Part shown: in pieces, positions 61,104 to 64,000 of the stretch
Position numbering within the stretch: position 1 is the stretch's first letter
Layout of the letters: each line of letters begins with the position of its first letter
Assembly (NCBI GenBank): GCA_038131445.1
Contig: JAYPPL010000010.1
Coordinates: 42,683 to 106,682, forward strand
Direction: 5' to 3'
DNA: 64,000 nucleotides
Origin: Alphaproteobacteria bacterium
GTDB taxonomy: Bacteria; Pseudomonadota; Alphaproteobacteria; UBA6615
Notes under the pieces: model-generated
Seen by the model: the letters and a program-made list of their open reading frames with translations, nothing else
Told to the model about the DNA's origin: nothing
Databases searched by the model: none
Position numbers and translations under genes: made by a program

Positions 61104-62702
61104 ATGGCTGAACGCATCTATCTGTTCGACACGACCCTGCGGGACGGCGCGCAGACGCGCGGTGTTGATTTCTCCGTCGATGACAAGCGTGCGATTGCCC
61201 GCGCGCTGGACGATCTGGGCGTGGACTATGTCGAGGGCGGCTGGCCGGGGGCGAACCCGGTGGACGACGCCTTCTTCGAGGCCTCGCCCGGCCTGAAGCG
61301 CGCGCGGTTTACGGCTTTCGGCATGACCCGGCGCCCCGACCATTCGGCGGCCAACGATCCGGGACTCAACGCGATCCTGTCCACGGCGGCGGACACGGTC
61401 TGCATGGTCGGCAAGACCTGGGATTTCCATGTCGATCTGGCGCTGGGCATCCCGCGCGGGGACAACGTCACCATGATCGCCGACAGCATCGCCCATGCGC
61501 TGACCCGCAAGGACGAGGTGCTGTTCGACGCCGAGCATTTCTTCGACGGCTACAAGGCGAACCCGGACTACGCGCTGGCCTGCGCCAAGGCCGCGTATGA
61601 GGCCGGCGCGCGCTGGATCGTGCTGTGCGACACCAATGGCGGCACCATGCCCCATGAAATCCGCCGCATCGTGGCGGAGGTGGCCGAACATATCCCCGGT
61701 GACCGGCTGGGCATCCACACCCATGACGACACCGGCAACGCCGTTGCCAACACGCTGGCAGCGGTGGAGGCGGGCGTGCGCCATGTGCAGGGCACGCTGA
61801 ACGGGCTGGGCGAACGCTGCGGCAACGCGAACACGATCACACTGATCGCCAACCTGATGCTGAAATACGATGGCGCGTACGAAACCGGCGTGGGCGAGGA
61901 GGGGCTGCGCAAGCTGACCCATGTCTCCCGCCTGCTGGACGAGCTGCTGAACCAGGCGCCGGACCGACACGCGGCCTATGTTGGCGAGGGGGCGTTTACC
62001 CATAAGGGCGGACTGCATGTCTCCGCGGTCCAGAAGGATCCGGCGACCTATGAGCATGTGCCGCCGGATGCCGTCGGCAACCAGCGCCATATCGTGGTGT
62101 CGGATCAGGCCGGCCGGTCGAATATCCTGTCGCGCCTGTCGGATGCCGGGATCGACGTGGACAGTTCCGACAAGCGCATCTCGCGGCTGGTCGAGGATGT
62201 GAAGGAACGCGAGTTCGAGGGCTACACCTATGACGGTGCCGAGGCGAGTTTTGAACTTCTGGCGCGGCGTGCGCTGGGCGACCTGCCGCGCTTCTACCGG
62301 ATGGAAAGCTTCCGCTCCGAGGTCGAGCGCCGCTTCAACGCGCGCGGCGAAGTCACGACCATCAGCCAGGCCGTGGTGAAGATGGAGATCGACGGCGAGG
62401 CGACCATGCAGGTGGCCGAGGGCAACGGTCCGGTCAACGCGCTGGACGACGCCATGCGCAAGGCGCTGCTGCCGAAGTACCCGGAGCTGGAGGAAATGCG
62501 GCTGGTGGACTTCAAGGTCCGCATCCTGACGCCGCAGCGCGCGACGGCGGCGGTAACCCGCGTGATGATCGAGTCCACCGACGAGACCGGCCACCGCTGG
62601 GGCACGGTCGGAATCTCTCCGAACATCATCGACGCGGCCTACGAGGCGCTCGACGACGCCATCGTTTACAAACTTCTCCGGTCGAAGACCCTGTCCGATT
62701 GA
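61104..62702 (+). CDS. cimA: citramalate synthase (LeuA/CimA family, long form)
   Basis: 532 aa. LFDTTLRDGAQT, HTHDDTGNAVANTLAAV, and a C-terminal LeuA-dimerisation/regulatory domain. The assignment of CimA versus LeuA2 is by overall pattern only. Confidence 0.8.
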   Translation: MAERIYLFDTTLRDGAQTRGVDFSVDDKRAIARALDDLGVDYVEGGWPGANPVDDAFFEASPGLKRARFTAFGMTRRPDHSAANDPGLNAILSTAADTVCMVGKTWDFHVDLALGIPRGDNVTMIADSIAHALTRKDEVLFDAEHFFDGYKANPDYALACAKAAYEAGARWIVLCDTNGGTMPHEIRRIVAEVAEHIPGDRLGIHTHDDTGNAVANTLAAVEAGVRHVQGTLNGLGERCGNANTITLIANLMLKYDGAYETGVGEEGLRKLTHVSRLLDELLNQAPDRHAAYVGEGAFTHKGGLHVSAVQKDPATYEHVPPDAVGNQRHIVVSDQAGRSNILSRLSDAGIDVDSSDKRISRLVEDVKEREFEGYTYDGAEASFELLARRALGDLPRFYRMESFRSEVERRFNARGEVTTISQAVVKMEIDGEATMQVAEGNGPVNALDDAMRKALLPKYPELEEMRLVDFKVRILTPQRATAAVTRVMIESTDETGHRWGTVGISPNIIDAAYEALDDAIVYKLLRSKTLSD

Positions 62703-62712
62703 GGGCGGCTGT

Positions 62713-62944
62713 TTGAGTCCCAGACATCTTCTATCGGCGGGGTCACGGCCCGGCCTGCGCGCGGTGGCGATCCTGTCCGCCAGCGGCCTGACCCTGTTCG
62801 GGATGGCGGGCGTGTCGCCGGCGCTTCCCGCCATTGCGCGCTTTTGACATCGGGCTGGGACTGATGGCGGCGTTCTTAGCGCTCTGGTTATCGACCGGCT
62901 CGGTGCTGACGGCGCTTGCGGTTTTCCGGAGCGGCCTGGTATGA
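62713..62944 (+). pseudogene. MFS transporter remnant (first TM plus a terminal TM, frame-broken)
   Basis: LSPRHLLSAGSRPGLRAVAILSASGLTLFGMAGVSPALPAIARF*, then in another frame FDIGLGLMAAFLALWLSTGSVLTALAVFRSGLV*. This is far too short for a transporter. Confidence 0.35.
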
Positions 62945-63092
62945 TTTCTGGCGGGTTGCAATTCGTGCCGATCATGAGCGTATCCTGACGGGAGAAACGA
63001 ACTGATGGCGGAACCGACCGACCATGACCGTGGCGATGATGGCGGTGACGGCTTTCTGGCCGAGAGCGACTCCATGACCGGCGGCCCGCTGG

Positions 63093-63869
63093 GTGAATCC
63101 TCCCAACCGCGTGGAGCCCCAGCTCGGTGAGAATATTGGTGCTGTCGCGCGCGCCATGCTGAATTGCGGCCTCGATCGCATGACGCTGGTGAACCCGCGC
63201 GAGGAATGGCCGAACCAGCGTGCCGTGACCATGGCGTCGGGTGCGACGCAGGTGCTCGACAATGCAGTACTGTGCGACAGCGTGGAAGACGCCGTGGCCG
63301 GCCTGACCACGGTCTATGCGACCACGGCGCGCCCGCGCGAGATGTCGGTCCGGGTGGTGACGCCGCGACAGGCGGGCACGGAAATCCGCGAGGCCGAGGC
63401 CCGCTGCGAGACGGTCGGCATCCTGTTCGGGCCGGAGCGCTCGGGCCTGGTCAACGAACATGTCGTGCTGGCGGATACCGTGATCACCGTGCCGCTCAAT
63501 CCAGCTTATTCCTCCCTGAACCTGGCCCAGGCCGTGCTGCTGGTGGCCCATGAGTGGTTCACGGCGGGTGATGAAACCCCGCCTGACCAGATGTCCACGC
63601 CCGGGACGAGGTCAGCGGAAAAGCACGAGCTGATCGCCCTGTTCGAACGGCTCGAGGCCGCATTGGAGGAGGGGGGCTATTTCCGTTCGCCGGACCTGAG
63701 GGACACGGCGACCCGGAACATCCGCGCGATGCTGCAGCGCGCGCGCCTGACCGAGCAGGAAGTGCGGTCTTTCCACGGGATGATCAGCGCGCTCACCCGG
63801 AGCTGGCAGTACACCCAGAATGCCAGGCGCCGCCGCGGGGAGTGGCCGGAGGACGAGACCGCCGACTAG
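63093..63869 (+). CDS. SpoU/TrmH-class RNA 2'-O-methyltransferase (TrmJ/LasT-like)
   Basis: EPQLGENIGAVARAMLNCGL...LVNPR...FGPERSGL...LNLAQAV motifs. GTG start. The usual hydrophobic first beta-strand before EPQ is replaced by PPNRV. Confidence 0.75.
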   Translation: MNPPNRVEPQLGENIGAVARAMLNCGLDRMTLVNPREEWPNQRAVTMASGATQVLDNAVLCDSVEDAVAGLTTVYATTARPREMSVRVVTPRQAGTEIREAEARCETVGILFGPERSGLVNEHVVLADTVITVPLNPAYSSLNLAQAVLLVAHEWFTAGDETPPDQMSTPGTRSAEKHELIALFERLEAALEEGGYFRSPDLRDTATRNIRAMLQRARLTEQEVRSFHGMISALTRSWQYTQNARRRRGEWPEDETAD

Positions 63870-64000
63870 GCCGCGCGCGATCCGCGCAGGCCGAACGTGA
63901 AGTGGACGGCCAGTGTCGCCAGAATTACAAACCCGCCGATCAGGGTCCGGTCGGAGGGGATCTGCGCGATGAACAGCCACGCCCAGAATGGTCCGATCAC
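63866..64000 (-). CDS. DMT (EamA-like) transporter, C-terminal fragment (gene continues beyond right edge)
   Basis: Not in track. The reverse complement of 64000..63866 reads VIGPFWAWLFIAQIPSDRTLIGGFVILATLAVHFTFGLRGSRAA*. It is a hydrophobic EamA-type C-terminus, and its stop overlaps the trmJ-like stop (CTAG). Confidence 0.5.
   Translation of the reverse strand: MIGPFWAWLFIAQIPSDRTLIGGFVILATLAVHFTFGLRGSRAA

Noticed and set aside
60621-63551. 976-aa minus-strand ORF, the longest in the track
   Set aside because: It is antisense to well-supported cysS, cimA and the trmJ-like gene. Its composition is Arg/Ala/Gly/Pro-rich and low complexity, with no recognisable motifs. This is a typical shadow ORF of GC-rich DNA.

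Overview
GC-rich chromosomal segment, probably alphaproteobacterial (inferred from gene content). It is mostly housekeeping and central or secondary metabolism. Recognisable genes, left to right:
- Left third: malate synthase G, a divergent ScfR/RamB-type regulator, and a plus-strand enzyme cluster (haloalkane dehalogenase, hydrolase, aldolase/SDR, quinone oxidoreductase, 2OG oxygenase, ThDP enzyme, HAD phosphatase).
- Middle: speD-speE, acyl-CoA dehydrogenase, Sua5, CysQ, two orphan molybdo-hydroxylase large subunits, class I ribonucleotide reductase alpha/beta, an SLC13 permease, an SRAP peptidase and a potFABC-like polyamine ABC operon.
- Right third: tRNA-Val, glmU-glmS, tandem TauE/SafE exporters, glutathione reductase, class II DAHP synthase, NAPRTase-nadE, cysS and cimA.

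No CRISPR array, rRNA, intact transposase or integrase, or known defence system was seen. I did not find a clear novel multi-gene system.

Three things stand out:
1. The load of disrupted genes is unusually high, about a dozen. They carry in-frame stops without indels, single-nucleotide frameshifts or internal deletions. Affected genes include aceA, nadE and a potB-like permease.
2. Two visibly AT-rich, degraded islands bracket glmU-glmS. One abuts the 3' end of tRNA-Val. The other replaces the conserved C-terminal tail of GlmS.
3. The tRNA-Val island carries a secreted thermonuclease, a Rap1a/Tai4-like gene, and a small RGRG-motif protein behind an AT-rich repeat array.
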